This document shows, one piece after another, positions 11,754-22,763 of a DNA stretch of 64,000 nt. The DNA is from Podarcis filfolensis (taxonomy: Eukaryota), in NCBI GenBank assembly GCA_964270895.1, contig OZ185450.1; one strand, written 5' to 3'. Numbering within the stretch: the stretch's first letter is position 1; each line of letters starts with the position of its first letter. The position numbers and the translations under genes were made by a program. Under the pieces are notes generated by a model. That model did not search any database and was not told the origin of the DNA. It saw only the letters and a program-made list of their open reading frames with translations.

Positions 11754-12002
11754 CACTGGCGGAAGAAGAGGAGGGAAGCATACTGCTCCCGGCACCACAA
11801 TCCCGGTGGGGTGCCATTGCGGCTGCCCCACCCTGCGCTGGGTGCCACACCCCCGCAGGTGGCACATCACAGCCCCAGGATGCGTGCCATGCCCCTGCGG
11901 GTGGCGCGCCACACCCCCAGGACATGCACCATGCCCCTGCGGGCAGTGCACCACGCCCCCAAGACATGTGCCAGCCACGCCCCCTCTTGCTCTCCGCCAC
12001 TG
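11754..12002. mobile_element. hAT-type MITE with internal 42-bp GC-rich minisatellite
   Basis: Perfect 8-bp TSD AGCAAGAG (11746-11753 and 12003-12010). TIRs CACTGGCGGA / TCCGCCACTG. About three 42-bp units (GCCATGCCCCTGCGGGTGGCGCGCCACACCCCCAGGACATGC consensus). Confidence 0.85.
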
Positions 12003-12721
12003 AGCAAGAGCATTTCTATTGGGATACATATTCTTAGCCATCATTTACCCAGCGACCTTCTGCCATTCCAGCACGCAACCATCTCTCATCCAACCACAAT
12101 CCCTGAAAACCCTTATTCAACCCATTCTTCACTGTATGTAATAGAACCCTTTTTGTACCTTATCTGGATATGCTTTTCACTTTAACATACAGCTGTTAGA
12201 TTCCTCCTTACCAGTTTTGTGGTCAGGTTACATTATTGTGTACATGATATGGACCTCACTGATAATGAGGTTGTTGTTTTTAATCCACATCAGGGGTGCC
12301 CATGGATGAAGCACAGAGGCTGCACCAGGTGTTTGTACAGCAGAGTTAGTTTGTTCGGCGTAAGTGGTTGTATCTGTGAACAGCCTCCCACAACAAAACA
12401 TACCGAAGTGATGTACACCAAAAACAAATTACACTAATAAAATTAAGTAAGCGTATTAGAAACATAATCAAAGAGAAAACATAGAAGCAGATGTAGCTGG
12501 ACTTCGTTTCCCATCAGCCTCAGCCAACATGGTCAATGTCCAGAGATGATACGAGCTGTATTCCAGCAACATCTGGAGATGTGATACATGATTAAATTCT
12601 GGGTAAATTTCCAGGTGAACAAGTAGCTTATTGACTGTTGATGCCACAATTTAGTGGGGAGGACGCTGTTGGATGGGTTCATCTATCATTGATAGCCACA
12701 AAATTACTCTTGCAGGCATTG

Positions 12722-12722
<1 letters not shown>

Positions 12723-12752
<30 letters not shown>

Positions 12753-12789
12753 CTTCTTCTTCTTCTTCTTCTTCTTCTTTCTTCTTCTT
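12723..12789. repeat. (CTT)n microsatellite
   Basis: Direct read; also forms the tail of a short reverse L2-like end. Confidence 0.9.
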
Positions 12790-12869
12790 TGTATACCACC
12801 CTTCATGTGAAGACCACCGGGCAGTTCAGGCAGGGCACAGTTGTTGCAGACAGGGTGGGAGGAGTCTAA

Positions 12870-13204
12870 ATGCCAGATAAAAGAAAGGACTTCTTCACAT
12901 GGTACATAATTAAACTATGGAACTCACTCCCATAAGAGGCAATGATGGTCACCAACTTGGATGGCTTTCAAATTCATGGAGGAGAAAGCTATCAATGGTG
13001 ATGAGCCATGATGGCTATGCTCTGCCTCCAATTGTGGAGGCAGCAGTGTTTCTGAATACCAGTTGCTGGAAACCACAGGAGGGGTGAGGGCTCTTGTACT
13101 TGAATCCTGCTTGTGGTTTCCCTACAGGCATCTGCTTGGCCACGGGATGCTGCACTAGATGGGCCACTGCCCTGACCCAACAGGCTCTTCTTGTATTCTT
13201 ATGC
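12870..13204 (+). mobile_element. CR1-clade LINE 3' end
   Basis: Degenerate ORF2 end (reads roughly RKDFFT..IIKLWNSLP..AMMVTNLDGF..) plus 3'UTR GCTATCAATGG..GGCATCTG..GGATGCTG.ACTAGATGGGCCACTG.CCTGA.CCA.CAGG.TCTTCTT. Sister copies at 20505, 27780 and 42225. Confidence 0.75.
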
Positions 13205-14475
13205 TCAGTGAATTTCCATGTGTATAAAAGAAAGGGTTTCCGTAATGAATGTGTTTCCTGTCAAAAGGGCACCAGAGCGGGTGGAGGGGATGGTCAGGAG
13301 CAAGCTTTTTGCTGATTTACTTAAGTTGCTTGCTAATTGCTCTGCTGCAGCCACTTGCGTTCTGCTTGGCTTCTTCGCCTGACAGCACAAGTTATCATCT
13401 GCTCTCTCGGAGGCTGGGCTGCTCTCGCCAGCTGTTGATGGTGCACTGCCAGGTTACAGCCGCTCCTCCCCCAGAATGCACTGGGGCAGCCGTCTCCTGA
13501 ACCTGCCAATCCCCCTCCGTTCAGGGAGGCCATTAGCAATATGGATGGAAGCAAAGCATCCCGGGGCTATACAGGTGGAGGGCTGGGCTGGCTGTAGGAG
13601 GTGGGGGAGCAACAGATCCTGGACTTGCTGGAGAGGTTTTAAAAAGATGATTGCTCATGTCAGCTCAGAACCACCAGTGGAGTGGAGCGGGTGGGGGCAG
13701 CTGAGCTGATTCTTTAGCCGTGTGCACTGTTAAATTTTGCTGAGTTTTGCTGAAGTCCTTTTTATGTTGCAAAACTGCCTACCAGGGCAACTCTCGGGGC
13801 AAAGGCTTGCTGTCAGATCTGCTTTATTCCTTTGCGAGATTTTCTTCAAGCTCTCCGCCCCCTAGGGAACTCTTTGCACGTTAACGTCTTTGCTGAGGAA
13901 CCACTGGAATGTCTGCTAAAGGAACCCTGCAAGTTGCAGAGGATTATGGGAGAATGCTGTCAGATATATCCACAGTTCAGGCAGGGCACTGTTGTTGGGC
14001 CTCCAGCATTCTTTGAGCCGAAGAGTAGGGGATGCTGGAGGAATTTGATCTTTGTAAATTCCTTTGTGAACTGACCTGATCCAAACCTCCTTGCTTCGTT
14101 TGCAGATTTGAACATAGCTTCCTACCAAATTTCACAGTTCCCATAAGTTCACATGGAGTTCTCAACTTAAAAAAAAAAGCAAGCATTAAAATACAAGATA
14201 AAATGCATGCTGTGCAAGAAAATATGTGGAGAAAATATGTATATTGGAGAAAAGGTTTTAGCATGCAGAAGGCTCACAACTTATGAAGATGGTACTGTTC
14301 TGCGGATTGACACGCAAAGGCAAAATCTAACAAAGTCCAGAAGACCCCCAGAACTGCCCTTGTGTGATTATCCCTACTTTATTGGGCTCTGGGAAGGTTG
14401 TGTGATATCTTGTGGAGCCTTTGTGAGATCTCACAAGGTCTCAGGGGCTCCCCTTGAGTGTTTTCCCCGCTCTCC

Positions 14476-14514
14476 ATTAATTAATTAATTAATTAATTAA
14501 TTAATTAATTAATT
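14476..14514. repeat. (ATTA)n microsatellite
   Basis: Direct read; a self-complementary TTAA array. Confidence 0.9.
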
Positions 14515-15071
14515 TTACTGCCACCCACAAAAGCTGCAATAGTATAAGTGAATCCCATTTAAGTTGTGGCTCTACTGTATATGTTTAAATGGCAATGTAC
14601 ATAAGGCTGTGTGTTAGTCATACGCAAAGTATTGCCAGGCCACATGCATAGCTGTCCTTTTAAGTGCTATGATAAAACTCTGAACAGTAATGGTTTCCCC
14701 TGAAGGGTTCTGGGAGCTGTAGTTCATTAAGGGTGCTGAGACCCCTGTCCGCCTCCCAGAGCCACAAGTCTCAGAGTTCTTTGTTGGTGGTTGATGACCC
14801 ATCTAAGAGGAATCCTTGGGCCTCAGCTGATGGAGGTTGCCAAGGTGATGGGTGTGTGAGAGAGGTGACAGGAAAAGAGTGTCTTTAGCAAGGCATGATG
14901 GGAAGTGGAAGGGGGAGAACAAAAGACAGATCCATCTTGGGCAGGCTGGCTGAAGGGAAGCTGGGAGAGAGGACTTGGACTTCTGTGCTGCACTGTTGTG
15001 GGGAACAAGTCTTCCTGAGATGACCATGCTGTAAGATCTGGACTCCCTCCATCCAAACTCAGGTGTAAATA

Positions 15072-15323
15072 CAGTGGTATCTGTGGTTTCGAACGGGATC
15101 CTTTCCAGAGCCTCGTTCACAACATGAGCAGAACGCAACCTGCGTCTACGTGTGCGCAGGTCGCGATTCATCAGTTCTGCGCATACGCGTGATGTCATTT
15201 TGCGTGTCTGCACTTGCGTGAGCTGCAAAACCCAGAAGTAACCCTTTCCAGTACTTCCGGGTTGCCGCGGAACGTATCCTGAAAGAACATAACATGAAGC
15301 GGACATAACAAGAGGTATGACAG
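15072..15323. mobile_element. Tigger-like MITE, second family (CpG-rich)
   Basis: TA|CAGTGGTATCT ... AGAGGTATGACAG|TA. Retains many CpGs, consistent with young age. Confidence 0.7.
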
Positions 15324-15574
15324 TATATGAAAAAATCTAATTCCTTAAAGCTACAGCAGTTTCTGCTGCATCTTGATTATCAAAAGGACCCAGACCCTTG
15401 GTGAATGCCTAGAACCGCCCCCCCTAGAATCTTGCTACTGCTCAGCAGAGAGTGGGGGTGGCGCCCAACTTTTGTAACACTATTAGCTGTGGATTAATGC
15501 AGAAACTGGGCGAGATGGACTTATTGGTGTGCTCATCTGGTGACAGTGAGAGAGAATAGAAAGAGATGAAGGTA

Positions 15575-16170
15575 GAATCATAGAATTGTAGGGTTGGAAG
15601 GGTGCCTGAGGGTCATTTAGTCTAACTCCCTTCAATGCAGTAATCATAATTAAATAATCCTTGGCAGATGTCTATCCAACTTCTGTTTAAAAACCTCCAC
15701 AGAAGGAGAGCCCACCACCTTCCGAGATGGTCCGTTCCACTGTTAAACAGCTCTTACTGCCAGAAAGTTCTTTCAGATGTTTAGTTGGAATCTCCCTTCT
15801 TGCAGTTTGAATCCAGTGTTTCAGGTCCTCCCCTCTGGAGCAGCAGAAAACGAGTTTGCTCCACCTTCCATGTGCCAGCCCTTCATATACAGTGGTACCT
15901 CGGGTTAAGTACTTAATTCGTTCTGGAGGTCTGTTCTTAACCTGAAACTGTTCTTAACCTGAAGCACCCCTTTAGCTAATGGGGCCTGCTGCTGCCGTGC
16001 CCCCGGAGCACGATTTCTGTTCTCATCCTGAAGCAAAGTTCTTAACCTGAGGTACTATTTCTGGGTTAGCGGAGTCTGTAACCTGAAGCGTCTGTAACCT
16101 GAAGCGTATGTAACCCAAAGTACCACTGTATTTGAAGATGGCTGTCATGCCACATCTCAGTGATCAGTTC
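15575..16170 (-). mobile_element. CR1 LINE 3' fragment interrupted by a MITE
   Basis: AGAATCATAGAATTGTAGGGTTGGAAGGG..GGTCATTTAGTCTAAC is a reverse CR1 terminus. The sequence resumes after the MITE (CCCTTCATA|TATTTGAAGATGGCTGTCATG). Confidence 0.8.
15890..16128 (-). mobile_element. Tigger/pogo-like MITE, copy 2 (inverted relative to 6210-6451)
   Basis: TA|CAGTGGTACCTCGGGTTA ... TAACCCAAAGTACCACTG|TA; the reverse complement of the 6210 element. Confidence 0.88.
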
Positions 16171-17503
16171 TCAAATGTATCTGCTCTTAAATGCCTCACC
16201 ATTCCAGAAAGTACCCCTTTACAAGGGAATGTGAATGCTGAATTTGTGTGTGAAGAGGGAGAGAGGGGACATGAATCCAAGCATGCTACAGAATTTCCTG
16301 CCTTCAATTTCCATAGATGGTGGTGGTCTATCAGTCTCTAAATGAAGGTTGCCCTCCATCACTGATCTCCCTGAGAAATCCATAAGAGGTTTCTAAGGAA
16401 CCCCAGAACTCCCTGGGGATAAACCACTGTTCTGGAAGGTGTGCTTGTGTGTTTAAGATAAGGAAGTGTCCCCAGGAAAGGAAGACTTCAGTTTTGTCTA
16501 AGGTTTGACACAGGCTTTGATTGCAGGCAACCTGTATGTGGAATCCACACAGGCTGTGGGCCAGAGGAGCATGGCAAATTAGCACAGCTGAGTAAACCAG
16601 CTCATTAACCTTACACCTCACTCTGTTGTCTCGGCTAACAAGTGCTTTTGTTTGTGGATTTCAGAAGCTGCTTTTAATTAGGTGAGGTCTGAGTGATTTA
16701 CAAAATTAATCCCCATGGAGAAGCACTGGGCATTTCCCTGGCATTGCCTCTAGAGAGTGTGTGGCATAAGAAGAAGAAAAAAAGAGGAACTTGTTTAAGG
16801 TTCAACCACAAAGCAAATCTCATTATTCTCGAAAGTGGGAAGGTGTTGGTTTAGTGGCAAACCCAATGCGATTTATGTAGGTATGTTGTTCTTTTTTCCA
16901 GACGCTGCCTCTGAGGGTGGGGGGTTGATTCCTGCAAAGTTAGTTTTCAGGGCTGGTGCCCAAAGAAAGAAATCTTAGGGCACAAAGACTGATGTATGGA
17001 GAAAATCTCAGTGCCATACACTGCCCTGAAGGCACCTATCAACAGGGCAGCTGTGCTGTTGGAGGAGTACTCTTGCTCTCCTCTGTTTGTTCTGAAGTCT
17101 TTTTAAAAAATGGTTTCCCTTATATTGGAAACAATGGGAGTGAAAGAAGAGAAAGAGAGCTAGATCGGCTCCTGTGCTGGTCTAAATTTCACCCCCATTT
17201 GAAGGTGCATCGGGGTGCTTGTGTGGCTTTGGAGAAGCTCGGATCCAATCCGTTTCCCCATCTTCCCTGGCCTGCCTCCAAACTGCCCTAACAAGTCACC
17301 TTTGGGGCTCAACTCACATCAGAGCTGCAAACCTGGTTGGTCCAGGTTGTGGAAGCTGTTGCAGTGCTGGAGAGGATCTGGGGATACGACTTCACGTCCC
17401 CCTCTTGGATATCAGAGCTCTGTCTCCAACCTCTGGAAGTAAGCAGCAAGGTATCCTGCGACCCCTGGGAAATCCTCCCAAAACTTTAGGACTTCACCCA
17501 TAG

Positions 17504-17638
17504 TAGGGTTGCCATATGTCTTCTTTTTCCAGGACACACCCTCTTTTTCATGGGTAGAGTCATCACAGCAATCCATAGTTAAAAGTAGAAGTCAGCAAAT
17601 ATGTCCGCTTTTTTGCTCTTCATAATATGGCAGCCCTA
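17504..17638. mobile_element. Short TIR element (TAGGGTTGCCATAT / ATATGGCAGCCCTA)
   Basis: 14-bp near-perfect TIRs. No TSD match found. Confidence 0.55.
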
Positions 17639-18410
17639 AATTAGTTGCACATGTTCTGGTTGATCACGTGATTCATTTATTGATTAAATCTGCATTCATA
17701 CCCAAAGGAGGAAAGGGAATAGTTAGTGCAGCAGCTCAGAACAAATTAAATGGTGCACTTCATGATAAAGCATGAAACTCAGTGCATAGAACTGATACCC
17801 CAAGAAGCTCCATTGGATGCCTTCCTATTTTCCTAACATGAAAAATGGTGGCCGCAAATAGTTGTGGACAGTTATAAACAAAGCAAACACCTCTAGTTCC
17901 ATGGATCCAATTTACATTTTCTGTATAGCAGCATAAAGAATATTCACTAGGCTGTAATTAAATGTTTAGCATTGGTGTCATGTAATGCATTATTACTATT
18001 CGATAGTATGCCAAATAAAAATGACTAAATTCATATTTATATGCAAGTTTGTAATACACTTTGTAAGAAATTCCTTGTTGATTCAATTAGGATTTTAAGT
18101 TCCAAAACTTTCAGAAGCACCTGTCAATTATTTGACTTCTTAGCCAGCCAGTGACATTTCTGGCTTAGCCCTGTAATAAAACAGGAACAGAGTAAGATAT
18201 ATGTGGTCAGTGTTGTTTTTCTGGTATTGTTTCAGAAAGCGCAAAACAGGTAGGTTCACATTTACATGCAAACTGAATCAAATTTTGCCCCCAGTTCATG
18301 GTTGCTGGATTAGAATTCCTGACAGGCTGGTTTTGCATGTGGATAGATTTTTTAAAAAAAGCATGGGAGTACCTTCAAACATGTGATACACACACCCACA
18401 CCCAAAGAAG

Positions 18411-18533
18411 CAGTGTCATTTTTCTAGAAAAAAGGATGCTGGAACTCACCTTGTTCTCTTATAATGACAATGGTGCCCAAAAGAGAGGTGCCGGGACTGA
18501 GTTCTGGCAAATTCCAGCTGGAAAAAAGCCCTG
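18411..18533 (+). mobile_element. Short non-autonomous DNA element, copy 2 (sister of 3019-3156)
   Basis: Similar to 3019-3156; ends GAAAAAAGCCCTG. Confidence 0.55.
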
Positions 18534-18879
18534 CCCAGCAAGGGCAAATTTAGGTCACTGCAAGCAGTGTGGTCGGACTGGGGATGCAACCGAAAAAGAG
18601 ACTTTCTCAAAGATTCGGAAAGGGGGCATGAACGCTCTAACAGGGTCCTAGGGTCCTAGAGTCCTCCACCATCCTTCTCAAAGCTGGGCAAATACTTACT
18701 GGGCTTCAGGAAAGAAGTAGGAGGGCTCTAGGACCCTGCCAAAGCCTCTCACCTACTTCCCAAAGCCAAGCCCAACCCCTGCCCTCAGCAGTCCAAAATG
18801 GCTCAGTCTAGCGAAAGCAGCACCTGTGATATGGGCTTTGCTTGAGAAGAATAACCCCCGCCCCAAAGCACCATTTCCA

Positions 18880-19350
18880 CTTATTTATTATTATTTATTT
18901 ATTCAATTTATATACCGCCCTATATCCAGAGGTCCCAGGGTAGTTCACAAACAAGACCACAACATATAAAATCAAACCAAAAACAATAACCCAGTAAAAA
19001 CAAAACAAAAAAGAGCCACATTCTAAAAGGGTGTTGGATGTCAATACTGTTATGTACTGAAGTTCTCACCCTGGGCCAGCAGGGGGATACTGTAGATAGT
19101 TATGCAAATAAGGGATCGAAAGTGACGTTCAGTGATTGGATAGTTTTAGAAAATTGTTACAGTTACGTTGTACCGGAGTTCTATATAAGCAGGCTGACTG
19201 AACCCTTCAGTTCAGTTCTGTTCTGGCCTGTGAATAAACAAGAGCTGTTTGAAGAATCACTGTGTCGTCTGATATGTTCACCCACAACTTAACAAATACG
19301 ATCAGCCAAAGGCCTGCGTAAAAAGGAACGTTTTTGTCTGGCGCCTTCTC
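18880..19350 (-). mobile_element. L2 LINE 3' fragment interrupted by a solo LTR
   Basis: (TTAT)n tail, ATACCGCCCTATATCC..GGTCCCAGGGTAGTTCACA. Continues after the LTR as GATCAGCCAAAGGCCTGCGTAAAAAGGAACGTTTTTGTCTGGCGCC. Confidence 0.7.
19048..19294 (+). mobile_element. Solo LTR (247 bp) of an LTR retrotransposon
   Basis: TGTTA...TAACA termini with a perfect 5-bp TSD AATAC (19043-19047 and 19295-19299). Internal TATATAA at 19182-19188 and AATAAA at 19233-19238. Confidence 0.85.
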
Positions 19351-20370
19351 CTTCTTTGCAAAGCCAATCAGAACAAGCTGCACACCCAGCCACCCAAATC
19401 AGCTGCAGCAGAGCAGAGGTGGGATCTCATTCCTGTGGATGAATCAATAGTCCTTTTTGTGCAATTAGCCTATGAATAGGGAATGTGTATTTGATGAAAA
19501 CTGGCTCTTGCCTGTTCAATTTTCCAGCTTGTATTATACTACTATTATTATTAATAGTAATAATAACATCAGCTGCCAGAGCTGGCCTTCGCAGCCCCGA
19601 GGAATGAGTGATCTTAATATTAATGCCTGCTGTATTTCAGCCCCTAATTGTGCCCTTTTAGAGGGATCCTTTTAAAAGTTCACAAAAGCTGTTTCAACGA
19701 GGAGAAATTGAATGAGGCCTGATCATGACAGCAGGGAGCTCCCAGGAGAGTCTAGCGAGCTGCAGCTATTAAAGTCTCCAACAGAATGCTTTGCCTCCGG
19801 TGGTAAGAGAGAAGAGTCTTTGGAACCATTTAACGGCAGTTTGCTAGATTCAAGGATATAGGAAAGTGGCGTATGTACATTTTGCACTGAAAATAAATGT
19901 GAATTTGAAGGAATGAACAGTACGGATTGCCTTGCCATGGCCTCATTCAAAGACTCCAAAGCTCAGAATAACAAAATCATATATCTTCCAAGTGTCCCAG
20001 TTTTCCAGGGACAGTCCCAGAATTAAGAGCAGAAAACAAGGTTGTTTCATATTCCATGTGACAGCCTTTGAGATGTCGAGGGAGCCTACAACTGCCTCCC
20101 CTTCTCTCCCATTCCTGCACTAATATGAACACCAGTTACTCTGGGGCCCAAGTACAGGAAAAGGCTGTTTGTCTTTCAGTGATGGCTGTGGGTTTCCCAG
20201 AGGCTGACCACTGCAGGAAGTAGGATTCTGGGCAAGATCAGGAATCTGGTCTGATCCAGAAGGACTCTTTTGTTTGTATGTTGTTTGCATTAAACCCAAA
20301 TCATGCTTATAAACTCTTGTTCCTTGCTGCTTTTCTCCCCACTTCATCCCCCAACTATCAAACTTTAAAT

Positions 20371-20490
20371 CAGTGTTTCCCAAACTTGGGTCTGCAGCTG
20401 CTTTTGGATTACAATCCCCATCATCCCAGCCTAGTGGTCTTGCTAGCTAGGGATTATGGGAGTTGTAGTCCAAAAACAGCTGGAGATCCA
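20371..20490. mobile_element. Hairpin hAT-type MITE (GGACTACAACTCCCATC family), degenerate
   Basis: CAGTGTTTCCCAAAC..GGATTACAATCCCATCATCCC..GGGATTATGGGAGTTGTAGTCC forms a palindrome. Same family as 32230-32365. Confidence 0.6.
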
Positions 20491-20504
20491 ACAGCTGCTA
20501 AAAT

Positions 20505-20710
20505 TCTAGGCATAGGATAAGGCTACCAATGGCTAATAGCCATGTTGTCTATGCTCTGACTCCACTGTCAAAGGCAGCATACTTCTAGGGATCACAAGTG
20601 GGGAGAGTGCTGTTGTGCTCAGATCCTGCTTGTGGGCTTCCCATGGACTTGTGGTTGCCTTCTTTAGAACAGTTTGCTAGACTTGATCCAGCAAAGCTTT
20701 TCTTACATTC
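20505..20710 (+). mobile_element. CR1-clade LINE 3'UTR fragment
   Basis: Similar to 12990-13204 (GGCTACCAATGGCTAATAGCCATG..CTCCACTGTCAAAGGCAGCAT..). Confidence 0.6.
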
Positions 20711-21317
20711 TTATTTCTCATGCTCTCCTTTCCCTTCTGCCTGCAGAGCAAAATTACAGCCTGGCTGCACATAGGAAAGGTTGTTGAGTGGGCTCAAGGA
20801 GGAATGGGGCAGGAGGTCTAGTGGATGCAGGCTTCCTGAATGTATTGGGGCATTTAAAAGCGATGTCTCAGGGTGCTTGTGGTATCTGAATGTCAGTTGA
20901 TATCTATATGGCTCTGCTTCCGGCATATGTTCTGGTGCTTAATATATAACAGTGATGTGTGTAAAGCAGCCAGCGGAGACGGTGACTCATCCACCCTGGC
21001 AATCTGTTAAGGCAAGGATGAAGTTTATTTTTACAGGCCAAAAGGTATTGAAGATGATCGTGATTACATTTAGCCATTGCTGCATCTTGTGGTAGCAAAG
21101 TCCATCGTGAAGAAGTATCTGAAGAAGTGCTTTCTTTTCTCTGTTCTTGCTCTCCCAACTTTCAGCTTCATTGGATGTTCATGAGTTACAGCATTATGAG
21201 AGAGCGAGGAAAACTTTTCTCCATCCACTTTCTCCAAGCCATGCAGATTTTTTTTAAAAAAACTTCTATCACAATGCGTCTCACTCAACTTTTTTATAAT
21301 CTAAAAAGTCAAAAATG

Positions 21318-21730
21318 CTGCAACCATTCCTCATAGGGGAGTTGTTCCACCCCCTTGAACATTTTGGTGGCCCTTTCCTGGACTGTTTCCAACTCTGCAA
21401 TATCCTTTTTGAGGTGAGACAACCAGAACTCTATAGAGTATTCCAGATGTGGTCACACCATAGGCTTGTATGCAAAACAAAATTAAAAAAATCCATCCAG
21501 TAGCACCTTAGAGACCAACTAAGTTTGTTATTGGTATGAGCTTTTGTGTGCATGCACACTTCTTCAGATACCAAGTATGCATGCACACGAAAGCTCATAC
21601 CAATAACAAACTTTGTTGGTTTCTAAGGTGCTACTGGGAGGAATTTTTTTTATTTTGTTTTGACTACAGCAGACCAACACCGCTACCTACCTGTACATAG
21701 GCTTGTATGATAGCATTATGTATAACAGCA
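21318..21730 (-). mobile_element. CR1 fragment interrupted by a Penelope-type palindrome
   Basis: Reverse CR1 ORF2 segment (TGGCCCTTTCCTGGACTGTTTCCAACTCTGCAATATCC..AGTATTCCAGATGTGGTCACACCATAGG), resuming after 21709. Confidence 0.65.
21473..21695. mobile_element. Penelope-like element terminal inverted-repeat remnant with minimal hammerhead motif
   Basis: 14-bp TSD CATAGGCTTGTATG (21459-21472 and 21696-21709). Inverted arms of ~85 bp. Contains CTGAAGA-GTGTGCATGCACAC-(G/A)AAAGCTCATAC and the reptile PLE-type TAAGGTGCTAC end. Confidence 0.75.
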
Positions 21731-22418
21731 TTGCAATCTTGCCAATGTTATTCGTAATACAAGGTATGCTTGTGTATACTAAGGAGACTTCTAGACCATC
21801 ACTGTTTTGTGGGAAGGATCCAAGAGCATCTTGAAACTCAGCCAATTAAAGTGGATTATAGTACTCTTCTGATCTAGCATAACAAATCCACTTTTTAAAA
21901 TTAAAAACAAAGAAACAGATTTCCTTATGGTTTGCAAACTGATAGGAAAATGCAGTGCAAAGGATGGGATGAAGGATTAATGAGATGATGAGTGCTCACT
22001 GTCATATAACTCCCCCATAAACAGATCAGTGCTGACTCTCTGAGACATGTGAGTGGGACTGAGCAACTGAATTGTGCCTAACCCAGATGACCCTTCACAG
22101 AAGACTGTCCTCTACTGGTTCAGTCCAAAGCCAATTTAAAAGATCCCTTTGAAGGAAAAAAATTGGGGCTCTTTTTGTTACTACGCAGGCAGCTGACTAG
22201 GCAAGCAGTCACACTGCTCACCTGGCCACATTTTTCCCCATCCCCAACGTAAATGAGTTGTGATGCCTGCATAGCAGGGTGTTGTACCAGATGACCTGTA
22301 GTGTCTGTTCCAACCATACATTTCTATGACTCTATAAAGGCCAGACATAGTCTAAGCACCCCATAAGCTTTGTGCAAGTGAATCAGGATGAACACTGAAT
22401 AAGCAGGATGTCTGCAGG

Positions 22419-22578
22419 CAGGGCTGGATTAACCATTAAGCAAAATAAGCACATGCTTAGGGTGTCAAGGGAAGGAGGGCATGACATAAATTTTCCATTG
22501 CCGGATTTACCAGGGACCATATGGTGCAGCTGAACCAGGTTGCATAAAAAACACTCCCAGGATAAATTTTATACACAC

Positions 22579-22633
<55 letters not shown>

Positions 22634-22763
22634 AACAACAACAACAACATAGTAATAATACAGATTAATGAAATACGGTTTATTGTTCGTATATATTTTG
22701 AATTATGGGGCCCCCAAAATCTTTCAAGTGCTTAGGCCCTCTAAAGGTCTTAATCTGGCCCTG
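22419..22763. mobile_element. hAT-type MITE (CAGGGCTGGATTAA TIR) with internal (CA)n
   Basis: TIRs CAGGGCTGGATTAA / TTAATCTGGCCCTG. 8-bp TSD TCTGCAGG / TCTGCAAG (1 mismatch). Confidence 0.8.

Noticed and set aside
11606-12185. Cluster of overlapping ORFs with 14-aa repeats
   Set aside because: Explained by a 42-bp GC-rich minisatellite inside a TSD-flanked MITE.
14803-15306. 167-aa minus-strand ORF
   Set aside because: Largely spans the 15072-15323 MITE and has no transposase or other motifs.
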